Source of the DNA: Laetmonice hystrix
Taxonomy: Eukaryota
Length of the DNA: 64,000 nucleotides
NCBI GenBank assembly: GCA_965235115.1
Contig: OZ249437.1
Span: 46,934,001 to 46,998,000 of the forward strand
Direction: 5' to 3'
Shown: positions 13,565-27,102 of the stretch, piece after piece
Layout: the number at the start of each line of letters is the position of its first letter
How positions within the stretch are numbered: the stretch's first letter is position 1
Notes under the pieces: model-generated
Database searches by the model: none
The model's input: only the letters and a program-made list of their open reading frames with translations
What the model was told of the DNA's origin: nothing
Position numbers and translations under genes: made by a program

Positions 13565-14072
13565 GTAAGTAGTATAAACCTTGCTACATCAATTCTTTTT
13601 CAACTTTTTTAAGTTTGTTGGCCTAAAATTGGGTGTAAATTTCTTGAATCACTTCTCTTCTGTTATAATCTGCCGAGAATGTAATGTTTTCAGGGATATC
13701 ATCATCATGTTACGCAGATTCTTACCATAAAACATTACATAATAAGGTTTGCTGATTGTTTTCAAACTGATCCCTGAATTGGTGTTACATAATGTTATCC
13801 GGGACGAAAGTATGTTTGTGTAGGGGGGAGGAGGTGTGCCCCTATGATTAATCCATCGTTCAGTAACTTCAGTCGGTCAAACAAGTTAAGGATTTCTTCT
13901 AGTGTTTGGATGATTTTCTTCTAGTGCATACTTCCAGGGACCTGTCCTCGGCGAGTCCTAATTAGTTTAAGACTGTGTGCTGGCAGTCAGCAACATCTAC
14001 TGGTTACAATGGACTGAGATCTTCATGCTGACAGCGGTCGCCAGTACGGAGACGACTCTGCTCTGTGTGTTC

Positions 14073-14086
14073 AGCGCCCTCTGTTG
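14073..14086 (-). promoter_or_regulatory. CTCF-like core motif (weaker)
   Basis: Reverse complement ACAACAGAGGGCGC(T), 12/14 to consensus. Confidence 0.2.
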
Positions 14087-17000
14087 TCAATAGGCGGCCT
14101 CACTGACAGCAGTCGTCTGCCGCCGCCCTGTCAGCCTGCCAGAGGAACTGTCAGTAAAGCGGACTTTCATCGGTAGTAAGATCCACACGGGCACAGTTGT
14201 AGAAACCAGCATGCCAAGGGGTGGTTACAGGAGGGCTTCTTTTAGTGAACTTGGCCTTGAGTTCTGCTGGACGTTCACGAACACAGGGCTGCCGCGTGGA
14301 GTGCGCCAACTGCCAACTACCCCAAACTCAACCTACATCAACGTTACATATTGTTACCCACAATGAACCATACCCGACCCACTTTCAAAATTTACCCACA
14401 CGCGTTGTAACCTGAGCGGGTCGACCCCCATTTTATGGAAACCTTTATTTGTTGGTTGTAATGAAAACAGACGAATGTTACTTTGTTGGTCAGACGTGCA
14501 GAAACGACTGATGTGAAGGAATTCGATCATTCGCTTATTCAAAGGTGAAAACAGAATTTTCTTTACAATTCTTTTAACACTCTTATTAAAGAGTTCTTTT
14601 CCACAGAGCTCACGTGTCAAAGACATTAATAAACCATGGCAATTAACTAGTCCCAATGACCACTGAAATTATTTCTTATTAATGATGTCTTATCTGTACC
14701 ACAATGTGTTACGTAACATAGTCTTTGATGTCATACTAATCATCCTTTGGACACGTATTTTCACATCAAACAGCAAATTCTAATTTTCCCAACTTACGGT
14801 ATAAAAAACGTTCCTTTACTGTTGCTGCCTGAGGTATCGTACAAAAAATTACCATACCCCCCCCCCCCCGGTACTTCCACCAGGATATCTCTACATAGGA
14901 CCGAAAGCTTAATTAGCTTTATTGCCTTTTTACATATTTTTACACAATATATGACAGTATACAATTTGAAAGTGACACCTAATGAGTCTTTTTTAAAAAC
15001 CTACGCTCAATAATAAGGTAACTCAAATAGATTGGGAAAGTAATTGATTTTCTGTCATGGGACACAGTTACTTACAATTTCTTGAGCAACCAATATAACT
15101 GGGTTAAGGTCACAAACCAGAACATCCCGAGAAGGGAGGATATTCATCGCCCTCATCTATAACGGGCTTTAAAACTTGCAAATTCCATCTGTAAGTAATT
15201 CATAGAAACTATGGAAAAATCAAACAAAAACAGATGCATAAAACCCGTCAATAAACCAAGCTAGACAAAAATCAGAATGATTTCACTGTCTGTCCTCTAT
15301 GGTCCACTCTTTTCTTTCAACCCTAATTAAGGTGTCATCTTCTATGAGTGACAACGAGGACTGAATGATTGAGCAGCGTTCTGTGACCAATATAAACTAC
15401 ATAAAGTCCTGTACGGATAGTTATTTCTAATTAAAGAGGTAACTTTTGCAAACTCATCCTAATTATGACGATCCTAGACCTGTTGCTGTCTGCGCAGTCA
15501 CGCAGTGTACCGGAATATAATACATTGAACAGATAATCTTTAATCCCCTTGTACCCGCCCGGGCCGATAAACGAAGCCATTCTAACTCGCAGCAGAGTTT
15601 ATTTTTTACAATAAACATTAATATTTCGGTGGAGAAGATAAGGGCTGTTAATTATTTATGTCTGCGATATGACGTCTATACGTTACTGTGATCATAACCC
15701 CTGCATGTATCTCGCACTAAATCTAACTTTAATAAATCATACCTATACCCCCCCCCCCCGGTAAGACTATCCGGGTACTTGAGAACCTATACTATTACAG
15801 TTCTACTTTACATTGTATGCTGACATGTTAAGTCATACAATTCATCCTCCTTGCAGAAACTGTAAAGTACTTGTAGGTGGTGAGGTAATATTGCCCACTG
15901 TGTACGTGCTGCTGCTGCTGGTGCAGCTGTTAGTACTGTAGGCCCCTCCACCTGCGTTCTGTCATGCAGCCCCCCAGAGTCCCTAAATATTTACCCCTTC
16001 CTCCCCCTCCTCTCCACAGTGTTATAAAAACAAACCCTACACCTGTCAGCATCCGCGACTTTTACCATGCACAATGAGAAACAATTCTATAATCACACGC
16101 CCTCACCTTTAAATGTCACCAATACTCGGAGCTCTATGTCAGATCACTTACGATTCGCAGTCAGGCACCACTTCTATTTCACTCAAATGGGAAAATCTGC
16201 CCTAATACAAACACGTGCAACCACTGAGCGGTTCAACCTTTTGTCTTAGACTACACTGAATGAGGAGTTGGAAACAAAATAGTGAATAGGTCAGGACTGG
16301 AAAACAACACAGAAAATTACCGACAAAAATGTAGGCTTTTGTCGCCAACCACTGGCAATGATTATGCTGGGTGTATATATGCTGAATGAAATATTTTGGG
16401 GTAAAACCCAAGATAAACCGTTTTACTACAGCTGTGTCATTTACCAGAAACCATTCATTGTAAGTCATAACAATTTTTGAGTGTGCACTCAACACTCGCT
16501 GACATCCTCTGGGTTACTTCATCATTATACAATGTACAGATCTATTCTTGCTGTGATTGAGCATTGACTCTAACTGACCCTCTGCATCTAACGGTGTCTG
16601 TCACATCTGCTTGATGCGATTCACTAGGAAAGATTTCGTTCTGTCACAATTGGTTGCACTGGTCACCGATAGGGGGCACCACCGGATCAGCTGCCTCCCT
16701 TCCTTGAAATTATAGGTGTCACCTAGCGACTGCAAAGCACGGCTAAAAAACGCACAAAAAAACTCAGAAAACAAATGCTGAGCATCACCGGATTGTATGT
16801 GGTGATAGCCTTGTTTACTGGGTTGTTTATCTTGTGGGCTGCCGTTAGTTTACAGGGGGCAAATATGATATGGTGGCCAGCTTCTTGGGTTGTTGGGGTC
16901 ACATTGCCTCAGTGACACCGGGACATCGTCATGCAGGTGCACAGTAGGCTATCAGTGTCATTTGCCGTATCTGTTAGGTGCATGCCCAGTATCAGCCTGG

Positions 17001-17859
17001 CAGATTCTCCTGCCCTTAACTACTCTACTGCTCGTCTCCTACAGATTCAATCTGTTTGGTATCATCACCTCGGCTGCCCACCACCCAGCCCCTCCCATGC
17101 CCCACTGGTCAGGGTACACTCTACTTTACCCCCCATCCTAACTCCGACAAACACACTGCCCCCAGCGACCCTTCACCCCAAGTCGCCTGACCCTGTGCCC
17201 TCTGACCTCTGAGCCGCATGGTCAAGGCCTAGTCTACCCAATATAATGCCACAGGCCTAACGCCCGACCGTCACTTCTTCTACGTGGGCTCAAACTGGTC
17301 TAACCCCCCCACCTCCCTGATTGTACCCAACACTCCAATCGTACCTGGCTCCTAACCTATTACAGGTCTGTCTCAGAGACACTTATCTCTACACCTCCAA
17401 GGAAATGACGAGACTCATCATCTCTTACCTCTTAACCTACACAGAGTTCTCCGTTAATAAACGAGTTACTCTATAAAATCTCAAGTAAACTCTATAATGA
17501 TGTGATGGGGCCACAGGATTAACTAACATGTTAGGCTCTATGCTGACCACGTATTCATAACGTTGAATAATTGAGATCAAACAAATTAAAGTTATTACTT
17601 TACAGAATCCTTTACAATAATTACTTTAATGTTTAGAAAAGTGCTGAGATGCGGTTATGTAACAAAACTTGATTTCCCCGCAGATTTGTCTTTTTCGTAT
17701 ATACATTAATGCAGTTGTCCCAGATCGTACAAATAATTGTTATACGAAACGTCTGCTGCTAAATAATGTGGACTTATTTAGATATCTTCATTTTCAGGGA
17801 GAAGCTACTTTATCACTATCCTGGCCATTAGCAGTTTCTACTGTAATGGTTATGGCCAG

Positions 17860-18110
17860 TTGATGTATCTGCTAATCATACTGGTTGGGTGACGTGACTT
17901 CGTGCCACGGGCCCTGGGCCATCTGGTACAGCTGTATCCAGCTGCTTACAACTGATCTCATGCGCTCCCTAGCCCTGTCTCGTATGAAGCGCAACATTAG
18001 ATTACAAATATTGAGCAATAATGTGCATGTCAGTTTGATCCTGGTAAGCTGCACATCGGGCAAACACACCTAAGTCATGCAATGTGGCCGCGCGCTGGCT
18101 CCAGCCGGCT
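17860..18110 (+). mobile_element. Decayed DIRS/Ngaro-like RNase H relic (possibly continuing into recombinase to ~18800)
   Basis: DVSANHTGW at 17862 (cf. DAS..GWG), HGPW (cf. GxW) and IRLQILSNNVHVSLILVSCTSGKHT*VMQCGRAL (cf. V...cDN..VV..IN...Sk....M.L.R.L). Confidence 0.45.
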
Positions 18111-19375
18111 TGGCCGGGTCTAGGTCGACTGGCGGCCGTCAGGCGATGGGCACGCGGCCGCCGACCCGGCCCCACTCCGGGCCAGTCACTGAGACAATGC
18201 CGGGGGATGGTTGCCCGGCCGCCGGCCCCGCCTACCTCGACCAAGACGGTCACTGCTGGTTAAACAGCAACTAGATCCCGGGAAGACAAGCTGAATCGAT
18301 CCATCCGATGAAATACAAGGCTTCATTCAATGCTCAATGGAAACAATACTCAGGCGAAGCCTATTGAGTACACTCCGCCCGGCGCTTCTTGAAAAAACGG
18401 ATCTCAGAAAGGTCAACCTGTTGAAGAGTGTATGTCAGACTACACAGACACGGCATCATTGATGTTCTTTTACTAGTTTCATGGAATAGTTATACAGTGT
18501 TTTTACCACTGCCGTAGCTGTGTGACAACATAAATACGTACTAGGAGTTGCTGTTCCGTGAAACCCTCTGTATACATTTATCACATACACGGGCCAGGAA
18601 TTCTGGTGGAGCTTCATACGCGACTTGCAACTCAATCTCCGCTCCCGTTTTGAGCTCAATCACCATTGAAACATCTCAATCTCCAATGACACGATTTCAC
18701 AAGTCTGAAACCATGAAAACCCCCAGTGCAGCAACTTTTCTAAGATGATGTCTATCTCTAACAGGGACGGACTATTTGACATGGGTTCACAGTGATTATA
18801 TCTTAAAATGGTTCTCTTGTTCCTTGACACAATTGTTAAACTGGGTCACATCAGTCCACCAAGACCGCAGGGCATGCAGTTTGTAAACTCTCAACCATCA
18901 GAGACCAAGTCACCAAGTCATGAGGAAGAACAGAATCGTTCCTGTACTACAACACAAGTAGTAGGGACCTCATTCCAGTCTTTGTACTTTCTCCAGGACG
19001 TGTGCTCGATAAAGACAGGTGTGAACAGTTTATCTAGACTACCCTTTTCTTTTACCCTTTTTTAACCTGAAATTCTTTTATAAAAGGAAACGTGCGTGGT
19101 TTAGTGCAAGTCTTTGATCTTGGCTAATTGTATAATGACATGGTCTACCTGTAAAAAGTCCCAAATATTTTTACTGAACCACTGGTCTTGCCAAGGTCTC
19201 ATTACAGAATCTAAATGATCAAAAGGTTAGGAAAACACCATCACCTACTTGAGAAATCAATTAGTTATATTACTTTATTTGTATCTAAATGACAATAATT
19301 GATTAAAAAAAAAGTTTAGTATGTTACATTGCACATCCTACTTACCCTAAAATGTTTTCTCCAACTCTGTATCAG

Positions 19376-19456
19376 GCTATCATGACTTCAGTCCAGGTGT
19401 ACAGGAGCTGGCAGATGGTGCCAAGGATGTATTTGAGAGACCTTTGAACCCCAAAG
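19376..19456 (+). CDS. Candidate 81-nt internal exon, phase 1-1 (YHDFSPGVQELADGAKDVFERPLNPK)
   Basis: ttttctccaactctgtatcag acceptor, AAG|gtacac donor, only one open frame, protein-like composition. Product not recognised. Confidence 0.35.
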
Positions 19457-20805
19457 GTACACGTCGAGAGCTATGATTGACAATGTGAGGTGGGATAAAT
19501 CCAGATGCGGTGGTCGACATTGTGAACATTCTGCTTGTTTACCGTTTCTAGGAACTGAACGTCAGGGGCATCCTTTCAGACCTTGCCTCAGCAAAGCCAT
19601 GACCTCCCAAAGCGTGGCCGGTCACTGCGGAACCTATACAATACTGAATAGTCATAAAGGCAGTCTGGTTAACCGAACCAAACTACAGAATACAGCTCTC
19701 CGCTCAATACCCCCCCCCCCCCCCCCGACTCTGATTTCACCGCCCTCAAGTTGCCTTTGAAATCCATCCTTCACCTTCAAACAACGCATAGAAAACAAAT
19801 GAACAATACATGCACAAAGGTGGCCTCCTCCTCGAGCGGTTGGGCTACCGTCATTAGTAATCTGTTAGTGACCAGACAACGGTTGGTTTGTCGTGCCACG
19901 CCCTGTATACCGACCCGGCTTTAAGTAATTCATGATCTGCTAACCTCTGGTCATGCATGTTGGAGCCACATCGCAAGGCAAACTCCACTTATGCTGGATC
20001 TTCTTGGGCACATATTTTCGGAAAACAGCTCTAACTCTCCAATCCTCTTTAATCCAAACATAACTTATCTATATAATAAATAATGTCTCATGCCAATAGC
20101 TTGATAAAAAATAAGTGGGCAGTGATGAGAGGCGTCTGGGCCACTCCCCCCCCCCCCCCCACACACACACACATGCTGGAGGCCTCGGGTCAACCATCCG
20201 AGAATACCACACTTTAATGAAGTCACAAATGAGAAACTTGATCAACCCAAACCTCCTGAGTTAATATTAATCAAAGTATACATGACATCTAGATACGGTA
20301 TGTGTCGGAAAATAGAATGTTCTGATTGATTGCCAACAACACCGAGAAACTACACCCGCCTAAAGACAAATCATTTCATAATTGGGCCCCATCCCGACCT
20401 AACTTTGGTCATAGCTCCGTCCCTCGATACGTTTCACATATGAAGATGATACCTGCGAACCATTTACACCACTTCTGTACTTCTTTTCAACGCCTTCGAT
20501 TATTGAGAAATTCAAAAGAATTCCTCCAAATCTCTGTGACACTAATCCGGAGACGGTCTTCATGTTCAGGCAATCGCTACAGTGTCATCAGCCTGGCTGG
20601 CCACCTTTGACTTATAACGACAACTTATTGAATCTTCTACACCTCCTGACTTTTGTCAAAGAAAAGCGCAAACTAAGACTGCTGTGTTGAGATTGACGGC
20701 GGTCCCATGTCAGTTTCCCCTTGAATGTGATTGGCCAAAGCTAATGAAGTCAACAACGAAATTATCGAAATCTGAGAGAAAGCTATGTAATAAGATTTCT
20801 CTCAC

Positions 20806-20839
20806 CTCCTGGGAGTCTCCACAGTGAAGGTCACTGTCT
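20806..20839 (-). CDS. Candidate 34-nt exon (TVTFTVETPR or DSDLHCGDSQE depending on phase)
   Basis: ttgatttctcatccccag acceptor and GAG|gtgaga donor. Confidence 0.2.
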
Positions 20840-21099
20840 CTGGGGATGAGAAATCAACCTCCACTTACCACTTAATTATTACCCCAGAAGTGAAGTAAGT
20901 GAATTCATTAACCGTAACCTCATCGTATGGAGGCTGGGGTAGGTGCTGATAGAATGGCCGGCACGGTTGGTTGACTTCATTCTCCCCAATCATCCACCGA
21001 GTTCACAATAATCACGACCAAACATTAACCTCCGGCATACATAGTGAGCTGTAACTGCTTTTGTCTCAGAGAACACATGATTTCCCTGCTCCTCTCCAG

Positions 21100-21223
21100 G
21101 ATACTAATATCATTTAAAAAGAGCAAGAGCAGCAAGCGTAGATTTTCTGGAACAGGATTGAGAGGAGCGTCTCCAATTATCAACAAGATTCCAAATCTTT
21201 CGAGCAGCAACCAAGCCTTCTAA
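21100..21223 (+). CDS. Candidate terminal coding exon (ILISFKKSKSSKRRFSG...NQAF*)
   Basis: tttccctgctcctctccag acceptor, 40 open codons in phase 2, then TAA. Confidence 0.2.
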
Positions 21224-21665
21224 TGACAAGCAACCGAATTATTTGGGTGAGAAACGAGTTTCGCCATTAAACCTGATATGATGGACAAGCTTTCAATAAA
21301 TGTCGTATTCTGGTTGAGGCTAAATCACCGGCTTGCATGCGTGGCCATATTACGGGTACGACACATACTGTGCCGTGTTTCTGTGGGTCTACACGGCAAA
21401 CCTAAATGACTTGGTCTGGGGTCAACCTGGCAAGGCCACCTCATTCTACCTCAAAAAGTGAAATCTGAGCTCCACCGACATGACTTGGCACTCTGGCTTC
21501 CTCCTCCCTCTCTCTCTCCCTCTCTCTCTCCTTTCTTTCCTGTCGTCAGTCTCTGATCAATGAATCTACATCAACTGGTATGCCGAGCTGGAAGCTGGCA
21601 TGAGGAGCGGAGACAGTGCCAGCTCCGACCATCACCATCCTCCCCTACCTGAGAGAGAACCTATA

Positions 21666-21679
21666 GCGCCCCCTGGTGT
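21666..21679 (-). promoter_or_regulatory. CTCF-like core motif
   Basis: Reverse complement ACACCAGGGGGCGC followed by TA, 13/14 to consensus. Confidence 0.45.
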
Positions 21680-22599
21680 CCCTTCATCAGGTACACACGC
21701 GGCTAACCTGTCCCTGCCTAATCCTCTCCACTGTATGAAAGCAGTGGGTACGGCGGACATCACCACTTCAAGGCAGCACATCATCCTGATGGCGGTAAAA
21801 CCAGAAATACAGAATTCGGATCAAATAATCCAGACAGAGATGGCCAGGAACAACCATCGTCGGTCTCAGAATCTCAGTACGTCAGGGATATAGAGAGGAA
21901 ACTGGACGACAGAGCGACAAATATCCGGATAGAGATAGAGACAGGGCTGGGGAGACTTCAAGAGACAGACACAGCCATCCAAGCTCTCCAGTTCCGCTAC
22001 ATTAAACATTACAAAAAAGGAATAATCGCTTTGATATACAAAGCTCTTCATTCATTCCCTGTGAAATGATACAGTTACGTCATCAATCTAATATTAAACG
22101 CTCTCCGCCAACAGAACTTTAACGTTCTCACTGCGAAGAGTATTTGCGATAATGTTTTAGTTGTATAATCTAATTCCGAGGTATTGTACAGTACTAAAGG
22201 CACAGTGTTTGTGAAACGATGTGAAAACACGATCATCCAAGAGTTTGGTGGGAGAGAGCATAATCTACTGAACTGTGTACCACTGGGAGCTCCGGCCGGC
22301 TGTCAACTCCACCATAAACATTCACTCCTCTCGGCCGAACGACCGCCTGACCTTTACCAACCCCATAACTGTCTCACATAAATATTCTCACTTCTTCAAG
22401 CATTTCCAGATGCATTAAAAAAGCTACGTGGACATACTAGTATACAATTACTGCCTTTCTATCATGTCAAATATCTCAAAGTATATCTGTTAAAGACACT
22501 GGGAACATCCCACACAAGGAAAATATGACACATACATTTCCCGACAAGTGGTACACTAACTTTTCACACTAGATGCCCAGAGTAGACTTTAATCTAAAC

Positions 22600-22900
22600 C
22601 TGTTCAAACATTTCACAAAGCATAGAGAAATAGGCGATTTCCCGAAGTAGTTGACAATTTCTAGTTGGAACTATAACCTCTGAGTGTATGCCATTCTGGC
22701 CGACACTCCATGCAAACACCCTGGCTGCACTAGCTAATTTTGACCAACCATTCAATTTCCAGGGTGGACAATCAAAAGCTTTAGCCAGCCCCTCCCAAAC
22801 GTGTACTGAATCATCCAAAACAACAACACATTTTACAAGTTGCAAGGGCCAATCATTAAAATTTGAAACCTGAAACTGCACAGTCATTACAGTGTCTGCT
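22600..22900 (-). mobile_element. Possible decayed LINE ORF2 linker relic
   Basis: FNDWPLQLVKCVVVLDDSVHVWEGLAKAFDCPPW loosely resembles the post-endonuclease DW...D...W..F....D..P segment of CR1/L2 elements. Confidence 0.2.
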
Positions 22901-23319
22901 TTCTGTCGGCCGGGACAGCCACGCAAGAAATTGGGATCGAACTTGCGCAGAGATCCGATTTCAAAATACCCATTTTCACAATCCTCGGTCTAAATGGCAC
23001 TTGAAGGATGGAAGGTTTGCACAGTGGCCACGCCAGCTCTGCCAGCCAGTCAGGCAAAGCAAACTTCATCAGCTCCAGAATAAAAAAATCTCCCTGTCAT
23101 CACCGCCACTTTTTAGCACTGCCTAAGAACAATGAAGGTCTGTCTTTCGAACCACTGTTTGGGTTATCAACGTTTTTCGTTCATGTCCTTCAGAAGAACT
23201 GGAATGGACATTTCCTTATTGCTTTTCAACATTCTGCTCTATTCTACCGATTCTGAACCATCGACCTTCCAGCTTGGCTCCACGCTTTTCTAATCTGACT
23301 GGAGATTATCGTGCGGTGG

Positions 23320-23328
23320 CAGCAGCAG

Positions 23329-23380
<52 letters not shown>
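23320..23380. repeat. (CAG)3-C-(CAG)17 trinucleotide repeat
   Basis: Directly counted; the pure run is 23330-23380. Confidence 0.95.
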
Positions 23381-23382
<2 letters not shown>

Positions 23383-24949
23383 ACTTTATGTGATGGCAAG
23401 CCAAGACGACACATGCCTCCACCAAACATCGCCAATCCCGGACCGTGTCCAACCACACCAGGGATCCATTTCCACTTCACCTGAGAAATCCCGTCCACCA
23501 ACTCTCATTAAATTACCATTGTGGAGAATAATGGCAACTGACACCTTTTTCAAGTACCCGCACCTAACTGAAGTTTGTGGCCAAAGTCTGCCGTATGATA
23601 ACCAACCAGTGGTGGATGCCCCATCCATCCCCGAGAAGCGCAGCACCCATTCCAAACCACGGCCCTCGTGGCAGACAGCCAGACCTCTTGGGGCCCGGGC
23701 AAAACGCTTCAGAATATTACAATTCTCATCAAATGGAAACCTAGAAGTCTGTAAACAGATGGGGGTCAAATAATTTCCATCAGTGGTCCGCCCCAGACTG
23801 CCAGCAAACGGCTCTTAGGTGGAGGCAACGTCAGGCCTACGCTAGGAAAGCCAGAAAAATGTTCACTAGGATAATCATGTCTGCTGTAATTAGAACGGGC
23901 AAGTACAGAGAAAATATTGTGTCGGATGGACCTCGCTGGCAGTGCGATAAGTCATTACCGTAATTCTTTTGCTGGATGCCTTCCTATAAGTACATTCAGT
24001 TCGCGTTATAATGCTCACTGAAGGGAGAATATAAGGACTGTTTTGAAATAATACTGGTATATTATATCTAATTCTAAATCTATTGACTCCCATTTTACCG
24101 GTCTTTTTCATCCGTGTCAACTTGATGGATTTCTGCCTGTATCTCCGAAATAAAGCAATTAAAGATTCGTGCAAAGAACCTTTGGCTCATTGTATTTAGT
24201 CAGCTATATTAAAAGAGGCCCCCCTCCCTACCCGACTTGATCGTGTAATAATTTAACATTACTATATCCTCCCGCCACTGTTCATGATCTCAAAACCAGT
24301 TTATGTATAAATCTTATTTTTATAACAGAATGTTGGTCAGTAATATCAAACGAATCATACAATGACTTGCTTTTGGAACACATTTTCGGGGGGGGGGGTC
24401 GTAAAAATGCAGGTCATAATTTCCGTGTAACTTACATCCAGTTCGCTCTCTACCGACAGGCCACCAACCGACACTGCCAACCGACTTATAGCATGCAGTT
24501 CCCCATGCAGTAACCCAGCTACTATAGCAGGCACGAGTCAGGCGAATACGACTCCTGTCTCTTCTCATATCACCTGGGTCGTCACATGACCACATGGCAT
24601 AACGCCAACGCAAACATGCCCAAACAATGTTCTCTCATGCATTGCAGGAGGCTTAGGTGGGGATGGGGTGAGGGTGGGGGTAGCCAGGGTACCCCCTCCC
24701 TTCAAACCTGTCTGTCATCTTTGTTCATCCCCCACCCACCATTATTGTTAATCACCAGGTAATGGCCATTAACACTCGATGCCAGAGAAACCAGGGATCA
24801 TGTGTTGATACCATACAGGTAGCTCCCCACCGTCTCTGAGCGCCAGCCCAGTTACTTTAACAGTTACCTGACCTATATTACTCACTAATCATCCAATCCC
24901 AACTTAAATCGATTTCTACATGCACTCCAAATTATTCTAACACTGCCGC

Positions 24950-25420
24950 CACACCTTCGCCATCTTTTAGTATGTTACTTCACTCCTGGTTAACTTTCCA
25001 TATATTGCTAATGGCGACTTTAAGGATCGTAAAAAGTAAATACAAAACGACAATCTCCTTCTCAACTTGGTGATTGTAAAGTCTCCTGAAAACCTTGGTC
25101 GTATGGGTAGTAACTTCTAACACTTTGCTTGTTAGTCCCTGTCCATTAGACCTTTGTAATTACTAAGATCATCGACGTCGAGCTAAGCATGACTTTGCAT
25201 CATCTCCATTTGTTTTATATATCTAAGAGTGCAGGTGCTGCTATTAAAATATTCTCTTCTGCCGTTGTTATAATGACGAATATACGAAATCTGCGTTCTG
25301 ATGATAAATCTGAGTGACTGTAATCATGGTGGATCGGGTAATATAATGTAATATTCCACTTAGCAAGAATAGGAAATTTAATTTCTTCCATAATACCGTC
25401 AGGTCCGAAGCACGCAATCC
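24950..25420 (-). mobile_element. Decayed CR1/L2-type LINE reverse transcriptase relic
   Basis: GPDGI (25392-25406), DLSNY (25156-25170, cf. DPSNYRPIS), SKVLE (25115-25129), QGF (25089-25097) and VVLYL (cf. VxYLDF) in correct order on the minus strand. Confidence 0.45.
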
Positions 25421-25590
25421 GACATCCGGTTACAGTACACCGGCATAGGCCAATCACAGAAATAAAGATTTAAGCAACAACTGTTACTTCATGTAATATT
25501 TACTTTTGATAATAGATTCAGAAAATGCTAATCTATCCTCCTCACTGCTTTCAAGTGCTGCGAGTGTGTCATTTCATAGGATCAATCGTT

Positions 25591-25760
25591 GGCTTCGGTG
25601 AGAAGGTTATCAGCCCTGCCCCCTGGCGGTAGGAATGTAAAGTATTCCATCAGTGGCTCCTTGAGTGGTGCTCGAGACGATGAACGTCTAACTTACGGTT
25701 TCTATTCAGTAAAACCTTTGACACAGTTCTTTCTTCAGCCTTCTCACCTTAGCTTACCTG
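25591..25760 (+). mobile_element. Decayed CR1/L2-type LINE reverse transcriptase relic
   Basis: A single frame with two stops: GF at 25591 then LRFLFSKTFDTV (25693-25728), cf. QxGFR...FLDFSKAFDTV, with near-canonical spacing. Confidence 0.5.
25616..25629 (-). promoter_or_regulatory. CTCF-like core motif
   Basis: Reverse complement CCGCCAGGGGGCAG, 14/14 to CCRSYAGRKGGCRS. Lies inside the LINE relic. Confidence 0.4.
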
Positions 25761-27057
25761 CAAGTGGCAAGCCCACATTACCACTTCCAGGTATATATAC
25801 AACCCTCCCACCCCAAACCCTCCTTTCTGGAACATAAAGGTAAAATTTGAGAGGACCATAAATAAATTATGTGTAATATCATGTTTACAGAATAATCCCA
25901 TAACTTCTTTGTTGGACCAGGGATCAATAACCTGAGTGGGTCACCTTACAAAACATACTAACAGCTCCGTGGTCGTCATGGAGATCGGCCTCGACTGGCC
26001 ACAACAGCAGGCCGAATGTTATGAAAAAGTTGGAGGTGGGGCTTGCTGCGGCTCTGGTTATATCTGATAGTCGAGGTGATGACCAGGCGATAGGGTGTCC
26101 ACTCCCCGCTCAGTCTCAGCCCACAAAAACCTAAACACATTCATACAAAGCAAACACTGGCCCGGCAAAAACATACAACCAAACATAAACAAAAGAGTAA
26201 ACTTTGCACCAGGCTTACTATGGCAGTCTAAATCTTGGCTGTGGTCGAGGCGGCAGCCGTTTGGTCCCACCCCAAGACGGTAGGTCGTCTGGTGGGTGCC
26301 TCGAGTCAACATTTGTTTGTACACACCCTTCGTCTCTGGATCATTCGGAGAACTATACCGTATATCTGACAAATGGGATTACTCTACACTATCAAACAGA
26401 TTGTTTCATTAATACCCTCTTACTTAGGACAATAGGATTTATCCTGACTCAATCGCACAACGTGTAATCTTGTAAAGATTATGGAGGATTTAGACCGGCA
26501 ACTTGTATTTTTTTTTAAATAAGTCGCCACCATAGCAGCAGATAGGTTGTTGTCCTTCAAATGACTATAATGTGAACACATCTTGTTTTGTTTTGATATT
26601 TTTTTTTTATGGCAGCCGGATGGTCGGTACAATTAGTTTACCGGTTGTTCTCCTAGTTGAACTGAAAACGGGCGGAGATGAGAGGTAGAGAAAAAGTCTC
26701 GAAAAAAAATTCTATCAGTAAGTTGTTCTTCCAATTGTCAACAAAGGCTTACATATTTAATTTTAACTCAAATATATATGCATAAACAAGTTACAAAACA
26801 TGTTGGATATACAATAAAGGCTATCATCGAAATACATGTACATGTAGTAATATACATTGTATTCAAAAACAAACAACTATGGGTTTCTCATTTAAAAGCA
26901 TTTCCGTAGTCTTGCCACCCATTTCACTACTGTTATAGTTGGGTCACAGGCTGATGGTTCTAAGAAACATCCACCGAGCCGACGGGATACATTCTGAGAC
27001 TTTGTTATATCACATCACACGTGTCTGGTGTTGGAGGCCACGTGTGGAAGGACTTAC

Positions 27058-27102
27058 CAGTTGGGCTGATCGCAGGGCGAACGAAGACACAAACGTACTC
27101 AC
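27058..27102 (-). CDS. Candidate 45-nt exon, phase 1-1 (GEYVCVFVRPAISPT)
   Basis: cttctcttattgcag acceptor, CTG|gtaagt donor, GxYxC motif. Confidence 0.25.

Noticed and set aside
5634-22550. 17-bp exact inverted match (5634-5650 versus 22534-22550)
   Set aside because: Flanks do not align, and one such match is near chance expectation for a 64-kb self-comparison.
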